A DNA stretch of 57,555 nucleotides from Promethearchaeota archaeon (GTDB lineage: Archaea; Asgardarchaeota; Lokiarchaeia; Sigyniarchaeales; SOKP01), in the NCBI GenBank assembly GCA_019894715.1, contig JAGXOA010000169.1, positions 1 to 57,555 on the forward strand, given 5' to 3'. The notes below the pieces were generated by a model. That model did no database searches. It had not been told where the DNA came from and saw only the letters and a program-made list of their open reading frames with translations. Position 1 is the first letter of the stretch; each line of letters starts with the position of its first letter. The translations under genes and the position numbers were made by a program. Positions 48,289-57,555 of the stretch are shown here, in pieces.

Positions 48289-49212
48289 ATGTCTTCACAG
48301 GACAATATTTACTATTGTCACCCAATTTTTAGACCTCCTTCAGAAGCAAATTCTCTTTTAATCCAACTGACGGAAGGTTGTACTTATAAATGTTCTTTTT
48401 GTGTATCAAATTTAAGAAAGAATTTTAAAATAAGGGCATTTAATGATGTTAAAAAGGATTTGGAAATTGCAAGGAAAATTTATAGAGGAGAAATTAAAAG
48501 AATATTCTTTTTAGATGGAAATGCAATGGTAACACCTTTTCAAGAATTAATTAAAATCTTAGACTATGCAAATAAAATTTTTCCATATTTAGAAAGATGT
48601 TCTGTCTACGCTCATTCTAAAGATATTCTAAAAAAGACAAGTTCACAATTAGAAGAACTTTCAACATTAGGATTAAAGATGTTATATGTAGGTTTTGAAA
48701 CAGGAAACAATGAATTACTTGAGAGTATAAACAAGCAAACAACCAAAGATGACTATATTAAAACCACCCAGAAATTATTTAAAGCACATATCACTCTTTC
48801 AGCAACCTTTATCAATGGGTTAGGTGGTTCAGGAAATCAAGAACTTTCTAAAAACCATGCAATCGAATCTGCTGATTTAGTAAATAAAATTTGTCCTAAT
48901 GATGATCGAAAATGGTATATCGCATTTTTATCATTAATGATACCTTCAGGAACAGAAATTTCTAAGAGAAAAAAAGCAGGTAAATTTATAGAAATGACAC
49001 CGAAAGAGATTTTAGATGAATTAAAATTGTTTATCCAAAACATAAATTTTAAAAATCCAAATGCAAATTGTATATTTCGGGCAAATCATGCATCTAATTA
49101 CTTACCAATAAAGGGGATTCTAGAGAAAGATAAAGAAATTATTTTAAAAACAATTGAATTTGGTTTATCTCATAAAAATAACCTTAGACCTGATTACTAT
49201 CGCAGATTATAA
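48289..49212 (+). CDS. Radical SAM enzyme, unknown substrate
   Basis: CTYKCSFC (CxxxCxxC) after RPPSEANSLLIQLTEG, then FFLDGNAM and a GFETGN (GGE-like) block. The start lies 11 nt after the stop of 47711..48277. Confidence 0.88.
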   Translation: MSSQDNIYYCHPIFRPPSEANSLLIQLTEGCTYKCSFCVSNLRKNFKIRAFNDVKKDLEIARKIYRGEIKRIFFLDGNAMVTPFQELIKILDYANKIFPYLERCSVYAHSKDILKKTSSQLEELSTLGLKMLYVGFETGNNELLESINKQTTKDDYIKTTQKLFKAHITLSATFINGLGGSGNQELSKNHAIESADLVNKICPNDDRKWYIAFLSLMIPSGTEISKRKKAGKFIEMTPKEILDELKLFIQNINFKNPNANCIFRANHASNYLPIKGILEKDKEIILKTIEFGLSHKNNLRPDYYRRL

Positions 49213-49301
49213 GTGAAAATTACACAAGTCTTATATCTACAGTATTATCTTTAAAAAAAAAAGAGAAAAAAATACTGAATTTGTAGTTAAATAATAATTT
49301 A

Positions 49302-49586
49302 TTAGAGGATTTTTTCATTCTCGGTTGTAGTGAATTCCATTCCTTTATCCTTAAGATGCTTAGGTCTTTTATTCCCTGGCCAATAACAGTTTACAAATAC
49401 AGCTGTAGCGATTAATATTACACAAATTACAATATATACGATAAAATTTTCTCTAGGAAAGATAACTAGAACATATTCAATCCAAGTAACCATAAATTCA
49501 CCTATAGGCGTTACTATTGGTTTTAAAAATCCAATTATTGCACCAATAATATCAGCTAAACCTTGTAAGAAATCTTGATATATCAT
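49302..49586 (-). CDS. Small membrane protein (2 TM), third gene of a 3-gene operon
   Basis: 94 aa with two hydrophobic helices. Its start codon directly abuts the stop of 49587..50066. Confidence 0.55.
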   Translation of the reverse strand: MIYQDFLQGLADIIGAIIGFLKPIVTPIGEFMVTWIEYVLVIFPRENFIVYIVICVILIATAVFVNCYWPGNKRPKHLKDKGMEFTTTENEKIL

Positions 49587-50066
49587 TTAGTCTTGCCACC
49601 TCGCTTCTCTTATACTTTGTCTGTTTATTGAAAAATCTACAAGGTCATAGATTTTTATAGCAATTGTTAAGAAATATACACCCATATAAACTAAAACTAA
49701 TTGCGTTACTATTAATATAACGTAACCATAACCACCGATATCAATTCTTATATCAGTTGCCCCAGAAAATTTATAACTCCACATATACAAACAATTTATA
49801 AGCACTTGAATTAAAGCAAAAACACCTTTTCTTATTGATTGTTTTGGAGAAGAGTATGTAAAAAATGCACACCCGCTTATTAACAATCCAAATGCAATAA
49901 TCCAAAAGCTTATGCTCTCATATCCTTCTTGAGTTAATTCAATTGCAAATCCTTGTATTGATAATACTCTCATATAAGAAAAAGTGATAAGTGGAATAAC
50001 AATTGTAACAACTGTATAGATCCCCATAAAGATCAATCCTTTTACCATATTTTTTGGCGCGCCCAT
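49587..50066 (-). CDS. Membrane protein (4 TM), second gene of a 3-gene operon
   Basis: 159 aa with four hydrophobic helices. It lies 14 nt downstream of 50081..50602. Confidence 0.6.
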   Translation of the reverse strand: MGAPKNMVKGLIFMGIYTVVTIVIPLITFSYMRVLSIQGFAIELTQEGYESISFWIIAFGLLISGCAFFTYSSPKQSIRKGVFALIQVLINCLYMWSYKFSGATDIRIDIGGYGYVILIVTQLVLVYMGVYFLTIAIKIYDLVDFSINRQSIREARWQD

Positions 50067-50080
50067 TATAATATCACCTT

Positions 50081-50602
50081 TTAAGATATATCCAAATCTA
50101 TTATATGTATTTCAAATAATATAAGATCTAATGAATAATAAGCTGAGACGGTGATATTTGCTCTAAATTCATATGGCTCAAGGAAATGAAAAGATGGTAC
50201 CGTAAAACTTGTAGCATTAAATTCAAACACTCCAGAAGAGCCTCTTTGTAAGTTTCCAAAATTCTGAACATCATTATAGATAGTTGTATTATGTATGGAA
50301 TCATCACCTGTACTGTTAAATTCCATCTCAAGACTAAAATCTAGCTCCAAATTGTTTAAATCAAAATAACCAACGTTATTTATACCAATTGGTACATTAA
50401 CATACCAAGTATCATTTGGCCCAATAACATTAGAGGTAATTGAATACCCTTGAGCTGGAACTTGAATATTATTTGGATCTGATAATATATTTACAGCAGA
50501 AAGACCTCCTAAAATAGTAACAACGGATAAGGATGCAGTTAATAAAAGAATAAAAATTCTCATAATCCATCTAAATACCCTAGCGGTTCTCATATTCATC
50601 AA
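50081..50602 (-). CDS. N-terminally anchored extracytoplasmic beta-rich protein (LEA_2/WHy-like?), first gene of a 3-gene operon
   Basis: Signal anchor IFILLLTASLSVVTILGGL, then a ~130-aa beta-strand-rich, N-x-S/T-containing domain. The LEA_2 resemblance is weak. Confidence 0.5.
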   Translation of the reverse strand: MMNMRTARVFRWIMRIFILLLTASLSVVTILGGLSAVNILSDPNNIQVPAQGYSITSNVIGPNDTWYVNVPIGINNVGYFDLNNLELDFSLEMEFNSTGDDSIHNTTIYNDVQNFGNLQRGSSGVFEFNATSFTVPSFHFLEPYEFRANITVSAYYSLDLILFEIHIIDLDIS

Positions 50603-50750
50603 AATAAAATTTTTTTTTTTAGTAGATTAAATTTTATTAGTTAATTTTAAATTATCATTAAGAAGACTATATTTACTTATAAATTTTATATTTTTTAAAA
50701 CATTTTTTTTAATAGTTATTTCATTTTATCAAATAATCCCAAAATTAAAA

Positions 50751-52673
50751 ATGCAGAATATAACAGAAAAAATCTTAAAAGATCATCTAGTCGAGGGAGA
50801 TCTTAATAATAATAGAACGACCATTGGAATAAAAATAGATCAAACAATTACTCAAGACGCCACAGGTACAATGGCTTATTTAGAATTTGAAGCAATGGAA
50901 ATCCCATCAATAAAAACAGATTTATCTGTAAGCTATATAGATCACAATACACTTCAAACAGATTTTAGAAATATGGATGATCATAAATTCCTCCAAAGTG
51001 CAGCTGAGAAATATGGTTTATATTTTTCTCGCCCAGGGAATGGTATATGTCACCAAATACATTTAGAAAGATTTGCTAAACCAGGTAAAACCCTATTAGG
51101 GAGTGATAGTCATACCCCCACAGGAGGTGGTGTAGGAATGTTTGCTATTGGAGCAGGAGGTTTAGATGTCGCTGTTGCTATGGCTGGAGAGCCATTTTAC
51201 TTGAAGGTTCCAGATGTAATAAACATATATCTTACTGGAAAATTACGTTTGATGGTTTCAGCTAAAGATGTGATTTTAGAAGTTCTAAGAAGGATTGGTG
51301 TTAAAGGGGGATTAAATAAAGTTTTAGAATATTCTGGTCCAGGAGTGAAAACATTATCAATTCCTGAGAGAGGAACAATTACAAATATGGGTGCTGAAAC
51401 TGGAGCAACTACTTCAATTTTTCCATCAGATGAAATTACAAAACAATTTTTAGAAGCCCAAGATAGAGGTAACGATTGGAAATTGTTGGAACCAGATAAT
51501 GATGCAAGATATAAAAAAAAAATAGAAATTAATCTAAGTGAACTTGAACCTCTTGTAGCTTTACCCCATAGCCCCGGAAATATAAGAAAAGTGAAGGAAA
51601 TAGAGGGTTTACCTATTCAACAAGTTTGTATTGGTAGTTGTACAAATTCAAGTCTTAGAGATCTAAAATCAGTAGCGAGTATTCTTAGAGGGAATAAAAT
51701 AGATAACAAAATAAGTCTCACAATTTCTCCTGGCTCCAGACAAGTTGTTGAGCATCTTATAGAATCTAAAGAAATGACAGATCTAATTAAATCTGGAGCA
51801 AGAGTTCTTGAAAATACATGTGGGCCTTGTATAGGAATGGGACAAGCACCTTCATCAAAAGCTATATCACTTCGCACATTTAATAGAAACTTTTTGGGTA
51901 GAACTGGTACAAAAGATGCAGAAATATATCTTGTTAGTCCCGAAACAGCAGCTATATCTGCACTAAATGGTAAATTAACAGATCCAAGGTCTTTCAAAGG
52001 TAAATTTGAATTTAATATGCCTAAAAAATTCATTATAAATGATAATATGATAATTCCCCCATCCAAAGAAGACAATAAAAAAATAGAATTAATACGAGGA
52101 CCAAATATTAAACCTTTACCACCATTTTTACCATTGTATGAGATATTAAAAGGAGAAGTTCTTCTTAAGGTTGGAGATAATATTACAACAGATCATATTA
52201 TGCCAGCAGGAGCAAAAATACTTCCTCTAAGAAGTAATATCCCTGCAATAAGTGAATATGTATTTAGTGTGATTGATCCTGAATTTCCAAAGAGAGCTTT
52301 AGAGAAAAAAGGTGGATTTGTTATAGGGGGAGACGATTATGGTCAAGGATCAAGTAGAGAACATGCAGCAATAGCTCCAAAATATCTAGGTGTAAAAGCA
52401 ATAATAGCAAAATCTTTTGCACGGATTCATTTAGACAATTTAGTTAACTTTGGAATTGTACCTCTTATTTTTAAAGATCCGCAAGATTATAAACTGATCG
52501 AGGTAGGTGATAATATAGAGATTGAACTAAATGATTTTACATTTGAAAATATTAAAATTAAGAATATTACTAAAAATAATTCAATATCTTTAATTCATAG
52601 TATGAGTGAAAGACACATTGATATTTTAAAAGCTGGTGGAAAATTACCCTACATAAAAAATAAACAATTTTAA
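50751..52673 (+). CDS. Aconitase-family hydratase (fused large+small domains, ~640-aa Aquifex/archaeal type)
   Basis: DQTITQDATGTMA, GSDSHTPTGGG, Fe-S ligand motifs IGSCTNSS and CGPCIGMG, and a swivel-domain GGDDYGQGSSREHAA. Confidence 0.9.
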   Translation: MQNITEKILKDHLVEGDLNNNRTTIGIKIDQTITQDATGTMAYLEFEAMEIPSIKTDLSVSYIDHNTLQTDFRNMDDHKFLQSAAEKYGLYFSRPGNGICHQIHLERFAKPGKTLLGSDSHTPTGGGVGMFAIGAGGLDVAVAMAGEPFYLKVPDVINIYLTGKLRLMVSAKDVILEVLRRIGVKGGLNKVLEYSGPGVKTLSIPERGTITNMGAETGATTSIFPSDEITKQFLEAQDRGNDWKLLEPDNDARYKKKIEINLSELEPLVALPHSPGNIRKVKEIEGLPIQQVCIGSCTNSSLRDLKSVASILRGNKIDNKISLTISPGSRQVVEHLIESKEMTDLIKSGARVLENTCGPCIGMGQAPSSKAISLRTFNRNFLGRTGTKDAEIYLVSPETAAISALNGKLTDPRSFKGKFEFNMPKKFIINDNMIIPPSKEDNKKIELIRGPNIKPLPPFLPLYEILKGEVLLKVGDNITTDHIMPAGAKILPLRSNIPAISEYVFSVIDPEFPKRALEKKGGFVIGGDDYGQGSSREHAAIAPKYLGVKAIIAKSFARIHLDNLVNFGIVPLIFKDPQDYKLIEVGDNIEIELNDFTFENIKIKNITKNNSISLIHSMSERHIDILKAGGKLPYIKNKQF

Positions 52674-52836
52674 TACTTTAGATTATTATTTTTATTACCA
52701 TTTCTTGATTATATCTTTTTTTTTTATCTTTAAACAGATACATAAATAAAATTTATTATATTTATCTAGATAATTTCAAATTTTTTTAATTAAATTTAAA
52801 AAAATATTTATTAAAAAATCTAAATTTTGAATAAAA

Positions 52837-55725
52837 ATGGAATCTAAAGAATTAAATGCACATGTCTTAGAAGTGGATAGAATAGTAAAGGAAATAGATA
52901 CAAATATAGATTCTGGGCTCACAGATAAAGAAGTTGGAATACGCCTTGAAAAGTTTGGATTAAATGAACTGATACAGACAAAAAAGATTTCCGCTTGGGA
53001 AATTTTTATTGGTCAATTCAAGGATTTCCTTGTTTATTTACTATTGTTTGCTATAGGAGTTTCAATAGGATTAGGTATTTATGAATTATCTAGAGGAGAA
53101 TCCCCTACAGAGTTTATGGATGCTTTAGTTATACTTATTATTCTTGTAGTAAATGCTGTTCTTGGTTTTTATCAAGAATTTAAAGCCGAAAAAGCTGTAG
53201 AAAGCTTGAAAAAGATGGCGCCTCGCAACGCAAAGGTTAAACGCAATGGTAAAGTTAGGGAAATTGGAGTAAGTGAGGTTGTACCAGGAGATATTCTTAA
53301 GCTTGATGAAGGAGATAAGATCCCTGCAGATTCGCGTTTGATAAAAGCATATTCTATGTATGTAGATGAAGCAATTCTTACAGGAGAATCCCAACCAGTT
53401 GAGAAAGATCTCAAATTATATGAAGAGAAAACAATGTTGGCAGATAGAAAGAATATGGTTTTTAGCAATACAATTATTACTCGTGGAAATGGTGAAGCCA
53501 TTGTTGTAAGGACAGGAATGAAAACAGAAATAGGCAAAATTGCTGAAAAGATACAAGAAGAAGAACCTGAGAAGAGCCCTTTCCAAAAAGAAGTTGATCG
53601 ATTTGGAAAACAACTAGGAATTATTATATTGATTATTTGTGTGGCTGTTTTCCTTTTTGAATCGATTACTATTCTTGCTTTAGAAGGGCTTCCTCTCTCT
53701 GATGAGGAGATCAATCAAATCGCAGAAGCATTAGCCATGGCAATCAGTCTTGCAGTATCAGCCGTACCAGAGGGGCTGATTGTTGTTATTACAGTTGTTA
53801 TGAGTATTGGAATGCGTAAAATGGCTGAAAGAAATGCTTTAGTAAAAACTTTAACTGCTGTAGAAACACTAGGAAGAGTTAATATTATTTGCTCTGATAA
53901 AACTGGAACATTGACAAAAAATGAGATGACTGTTAAAAAAGTATTTCTTGGTGGTTTAGAATATGATGTTGAAGGTGTTGGATATATTCTCGAAGGAATG
54001 ATGATTAATAATTTAGGAGAGAAAATCAATTTTAAGGAAAATACATATCTTACAAAATACTTGGAAATATGTCAATTATGCAATAACTCAATTGTAAACC
54101 CTCAAGAAACTGATCCTAAAAAGACAGATGTAATTGGAGATCCAACGGAAATATCTTTGAAAGTATTAGCTCTAAAATTAGGTCTTAATGTAGAAGCAGA
54201 AAAACTTGATGAAATACCTTTTAATTCAGATCGTAAAATGATGTCTGTCATTGTTAAAATTAATGGAGAAATATTCGCTTTAATTAAAGGAGCTCCAGAT
54301 ATCTTGATGAAGAATGCAGGAAAAGCATTTTATGATGGAGGAATTAAACCATTTTCAGAAGTTAAGGATAAATTCTTAGATAAAAATACCGAATATGGAA
54401 CTAATGCATTGAGAGTATTAGGCCTAGCATATAAACCTTTGAATGAAAATTATAAAAAGGAAGATATTGAAAAAGATTACATATATCTTGGATTAGCAGG
54501 TATTATTGATCCAGCAAGAGATGAAGTCAAGGATTCAATAGAAGAAGCAAGAATGGCAGGTATTCGAACAATAATGATCACAGGAGATCATAAAATTACA
54601 GCAATTGCTATAGCAAAAGAGATTGGATTAACAGATAGAGAAGAAGCTGTTTCTGGTGCTGAACTGGAACTAATGTCTGAAGAAGATCTTATGAAAAAAG
54701 TTGAGGAAGTTGATGTTTTTGCACGAGTAACATCAGAACATAAACTTCGTATTCTTAAAGCACTTAAATCTCAAGAATATATTGTGTCAATGACCGGTGA
54801 TGGCGTTAATGATGCTCCAGCAGTAAAAGGTGCTCATGTTGGCGTTGCTATGGGTATAAAGGGAACAGAAGTAACACAAGAAGCAGCAGATATGATCTTA
54901 TTAGATGATGACTACTCCACGATTGTAAATGCTATAGAAGAAGGTAGAGGTATTTTTGAAACAACTAAATGTTTTTTTAGATACATGCTCAGTGCCAATT
55001 TCGATGAGATTGTTATGGTTTTGGTAGCGTTTATTTTAATGAAAGTAACAACCAATATCTTTCTAGCTGGACCCCTTCAACCAATTCAAATACTTTGGTT
55101 AAATATTGCTACTGATGGGATACCAGCCATGGTTCTAGGTTTAACTCCAACAGATCCTGATGTCATGAAGTTCAAACCGCGGAAAGGGTTTAGTATGATC
55201 TATGATATTAGAAAGATGATTATATATGCCGCTGTAATTGCCTCTGTGCTTGATGTAATGTTATATGTTGTTTCATGGACAGTTTTAATTCCAATGTTCA
55301 AGGATGCTAGCTCTATTTTTTATGATTCACGAATGGTATTGGGGAATGGAGTTTTAACTGCTCGACAATTCCAAATTGCCGTTGTCCAAACAATGATATT
55401 TACTAGTGTAGTCTTTTTTGAATTATTCTTTGTATTTGCTTGTACATCCTCTTATCGACCTTTCTGGGAATTCCGTAACAAACACTTATTCTGGGCAACA
55501 GGGCTTTCATTTTCATTACATATGATGGTTCTATTTGTTCCAGGTTTAAATACGGCATTTCATGCAATCCCTCTTGATAGGTGGTTCTATTGGGTGCCTA
55601 TATTTTTAGGATCGTCAATATGGATCTTGCCCGCGGAGGAAATAAGAAAATTCATTGCAAGACGAAAAATGCATAAAAGTGAAAAATTCCAAAGCAGTCT
55701 TGTTTCTTTCCACAGAAATAATTAA
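52837..55725 (+). CDS. P-type ATPase, type II (SERCA/PMCA-like cation, probably Ca2+, pump)
   Basis: TGES, VPEGL (TM4), CSDKTGTLT, KGAPD, MITGDHKITA and TGDGVNDAPAVK, with about 10 TM helices. Confidence 0.93.
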   Translation: MESKELNAHVLEVDRIVKEIDTNIDSGLTDKEVGIRLEKFGLNELIQTKKISAWEIFIGQFKDFLVYLLLFAIGVSIGLGIYELSRGESPTEFMDALVILIILVVNAVLGFYQEFKAEKAVESLKKMAPRNAKVKRNGKVREIGVSEVVPGDILKLDEGDKIPADSRLIKAYSMYVDEAILTGESQPVEKDLKLYEEKTMLADRKNMVFSNTIITRGNGEAIVVRTGMKTEIGKIAEKIQEEEPEKSPFQKEVDRFGKQLGIIILIICVAVFLFESITILALEGLPLSDEEINQIAEALAMAISLAVSAVPEGLIVVITVVMSIGMRKMAERNALVKTLTAVETLGRVNIICSDKTGTLTKNEMTVKKVFLGGLEYDVEGVGYILEGMMINNLGEKINFKENTYLTKYLEICQLCNNSIVNPQETDPKKTDVIGDPTEISLKVLALKLGLNVEAEKLDEIPFNSDRKMMSVIVKINGEIFALIKGAPDILMKNAGKAFYDGGIKPFSEVKDKFLDKNTEYGTNALRVLGLAYKPLNENYKKEDIEKDYIYLGLAGIIDPARDEVKDSIEEARMAGIRTIMITGDHKITAIAIAKEIGLTDREEAVSGAELELMSEEDLMKKVEEVDVFARVTSEHKLRILKALKSQEYIVSMTGDGVNDAPAVKGAHVGVAMGIKGTEVTQEAADMILLDDDYSTIVNAIEEGRGIFETTKCFFRYMLSANFDEIVMVLVAFILMKVTTNIFLAGPLQPIQILWLNIATDGIPAMVLGLTPTDPDVMKFKPRKGFSMIYDIRKMIIYAAVIASVLDVMLYVVSWTVLIPMFKDASSIFYDSRMVLGNGVLTARQFQIAVVQTMIFTSVVFFELFFVFACTSSYRPFWEFRNKHLFWATGLSFSLHMMVLFVPGLNTAFHAIPLDRWFYWVPIFLGSSIWILPAEEIRKFIARRKMHKSEKFQSSLVSFHRNN

Positions 55726-55790
55726 AATAAAACAAATTTTTCTTTATTTTTTTTTTCCTTTTAAATTAAAAAAAGTTATTTTATGAGCAA

Positions 55791-56888
55791 TTAAGATTCA
55801 TCAAGAACCTTGAAAAAATGTCCAATTCCTATTAATTTAAAAGTATCAATAACATTTTTATTGTATAGAGCAGAAGTTTCTATGAAAAAACTTCTCAGTT
55901 CTTCTGCTTTTTTTTTGCCTTCTTCTATTGATATTTGACGTTTACTTTCTAAATCTACTTTATTACCAATAATAACAAAAGGTATATCTCCTAATTCTTT
56001 CTTAGCATCCTTGAACCAAAAATCTATACTTTCATCAAAAGTCTCCCTTCTTGATATATCATATACTATGAATACACAATTTGCACCAGTGTAATATTCA
56101 TGCCTGACACGTTTAAAAAATTCTTGCCCAGCATAATCATAAATTAAGAAAGTGATAATTTCGTCTTTAAAACCTTGAATACAATATTTCTGCATTGAAA
56201 TATTCATCCCTATTGTAGGACGATAACCAAATTTTTGTTCTTTATTTAAAAAACTATTAACGAGTGTTGTCTTACCTACAGAAGCAGAGCCAAGTATAAT
56301 TAATTTAAAATTGACATCAACTTTTTTCTCTCTAGAAATGTGATGTTTTAAGATAACATCCTGAGCTAATGGTTCTGATTCTTTAACTTTGTATTTCTCC
56401 AAAAATATGTCAAATTCACGATAAATATTTAATTCTGGAATTTCAAGGGAATTAAATTTATAATCAAAAGTCCCTTCGAGTAATTGAGCTATTTTTTCAA
56501 CAACCAAATAAGCTATGGGAAAAACACTATTTAAATCTGCTTTATAATTACAGACACATACCATTACTGCTTCTGGACCCGCCTCAAGAAAAATTATCCG
56601 ATGATCTGGAGTATCAAATGAACCTGTACCAAAATTATTAAGATTATATTCCATTGATATTTTTTTAAAAAGATTTTCAACTAGTCCAGAAATAGCACCA
56701 TACACTTCTTCCATATTTTTTTTATTATTGCTATCGTCTGATAATTCAGTCATGTCAAATTTCGAAATAAGTAATCCTTCTCTGTTATAAAGGAAAACTA
56801 GTTCAACATCATACCCAGATTCCACAAAATTTTTTAATAGTGTAGATATATTTTGTTCTATATTAATACTCATGAAAATCCTTTCCAA
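55791..56888 (-). CDS. Roadblock/LC7-domain + Ras/Rab-like small GTPase fusion protein
   Basis: The N-terminal ~150 aa (VELVFLYNREGLLISKFD...VYGAISGLVENLF...HRIIFLEAGPEAVMVCVCN) is roadblock-like. The C-terminal GTPase has G1 ILGSASVGKTTLVNSF, G3 DYAGQEFF, G4 GNKVDL and G5 ETSALYN. Confidence 0.8.
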   Translation of the reverse strand: MERIFMSINIEQNISTLLKNFVESGYDVELVFLYNREGLLISKFDMTELSDDSNNKKNMEEVYGAISGLVENLFKKISMEYNLNNFGTGSFDTPDHRIIFLEAGPEAVMVCVCNYKADLNSVFPIAYLVVEKIAQLLEGTFDYKFNSLEIPELNIYREFDIFLEKYKVKESEPLAQDVILKHHISREKKVDVNFKLIILGSASVGKTTLVNSFLNKEQKFGYRPTIGMNISMQKYCIQGFKDEIITFLIYDYAGQEFFKRVRHEYYTGANCVFIVYDISRRETFDESIDFWFKDAKKELGDIPFVIIGNKVDLESKRQISIEEGKKKAEELRSFFIETSALYNKNVIDTFKLIGIGHFFKVLDES

Positions 56889-57210
56889 AAATCATTAAAA
56901 AATGAATTTTTATTTTTAAATTATTTCTTTCCTAAATAATAATAAGAGTCTTATTTAAATAATCAGATTGAGAATGTTTGAATTCTTTAATATCAATTAA
57001 AAATTATAGTTAAAGATTTGACAAAATTTGAAATAATTTTTAAATTCAGATTTTTTTTTTATCAATATTTTTATTCTTTTATAATACAAATGTCAATTTA
57101 ATTTTACAGAAAACTGAAATAATAAATAAAAAAAAAAATACATATAAGTTATTAAAGTACTACTTTTTAATTACAATTTAACAAAGTAACTATTATTATT
57201 TTTGATTAAT

Positions 57211-57555
57211 ATGTTAAAATCTTTAAAAAAAAAAAAAAATAGAATAATTCTTCTCACTATTCTTGTCTTTAGTATAATCTTTTCCGCAGGAGTTTCCAAT
57301 TTTGTACAATATCCTGGTGGAATGAATAGTGTAGAAAAAGACAATGAAACAGATGTAATAGACAAAGACAATACTAGTATATTGAAAACGTCTCAATTGG
57401 ATGATTTTGAAGGAAATGGAACTGAAGTAAATATTGCTCTTCAAGAATCACTTGTTGATACAACTACTAAAAATTTTGGAAATTTGGATGCTTCAAATTC
57501 CTTTACAGAACCATCTCCAATATTCTCAGGATTTAATACAACATTCACAAATATA
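57211..57555 (+). CDS. 5' part of a secreted/anchored surface protein running off the right edge (absent from the ORF track)
   Basis: An ATG at 57211 opens MLKSLKKKKNRIILLTILVFSIIFSAGVSNF..., which stays in frame for all 115 codons to the window end. It has a signal-anchor N-terminus, N-x-S/T sequons and an FEGN motif, like the N-terminus of 1996..5583. Confidence 0.6.
   Translation, partial: MLKSLKKKKNRIILLTILVFSIIFSAGVSNFVQYPGGMNSVEKDNETDVIDKDNTSILKTSQLDDFEGNGTEVNIALQESLVDTTTKNFGNLDASNSFTEPSPIFSGFNTTFTNI

Noticed and set aside
3191-53714. Many 60-180-aa ORFs in the track lie antisense to, or out of frame within, long well-supported genes. Examples: 3191-3397, 3195-3449, 6203-6430, 12681-13022, 12709-12993, 19343-19555, 20739-20960, 21187-21420, 22315-22500, 22684-22938, 23130-23318, 26412-26606, 27141-27335, 29358-29564, 32920-33105, 33316-33510, 34220-34423, 34815-35000, 36984-37196, 37616-37831, 39013-39324, 40021-40266, 47767-48135, 48111-48305, 48837-49043, 50128-50331, 51617-52075, 53125-53394, 53172-53714, 53416-53613 and 53715-54029.
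   Set aside because: They are fully nested in genes with strong family signatures. Their low-complexity, Ser/Phe/Ile/Leu-rich compositions are typical of the reverse strand of AT-rich coding DNA, and they have no recognisable motifs.
57171-57444. Two minus-strand ORFs (57171-57371 and 57223-57444) at the right edge.
   Set aside because: They are antisense to a more convincing plus-strand signal-anchored CDS that starts at 57211 and stays open to the window end. One of them translates the A15/T15 tract as poly-Phe.
1-57555. Scan for tRNA, rRNA, RNase P or SRP RNA genes using GC-rich islands as a guide.
   Set aside because: No cloverleaf-compatible sequence (T-loop GGTTCGAATC-like, acceptor pairing) or rRNA-like block was seen in any intergenic region. 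tRNAscan/Infernal would be needed to exclude them formally.

Overview
The window is visibly AT-rich, roughly 30% G+C by eye, and densely coding on both strands. It looks archaeal. It carries an EndA-type tRNA-splicing endonuclease, a split PdxS/PdxT, a DtxR-ZIP operon, oligo-T terminators and short or absent leaders. Several eukaryote-signature genes point to an Asgard (Lokiarchaeia/Promethearchaeum-like) chromosome, though I cannot confirm this without a search. These genes are an actin-family protein, two Ras/Rab-like small GTPases (one fused to a roadblock domain), further roadblock/longin-like domains and a JAMM/MPN protease. Housekeeping genes are clear: pdxS, pdxT, folD, purH, guaB, aconitase, a P-type ATPase, polyprenyl synthase and a ZIP transporter. 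No tRNA, rRNA or CRISPR array was found. Two things stand out beyond the ORF track. (1) A family of IS200/IS605-derived hairpin elements: one decayed copy keeps a TnpB C-terminal fragment, two TnpB-less copies keep the omega-RNA-encoding right end, and several solo hairpins ending in GGTAGTTCAA show compensatory stem changes. (2) Unusual architectures among the eukaryote-like genes: an actin with a ~130-aa double zinc-ribbon insertion, a glycosylated transmembrane protein with a cytosolic longin/roadblock-like domain, and a divergent DRG-type GTPase paired with a small longin-like protein. Also notable are a paired ATTACG-N6-CGTAAT candidate operator upstream of the ZIP/DtxR operon and a CCHC zinc-finger protein coupled to a radical SAM enzyme. 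All protein calls rest on motif recognition by eye and need HMM or structure searches to confirm.
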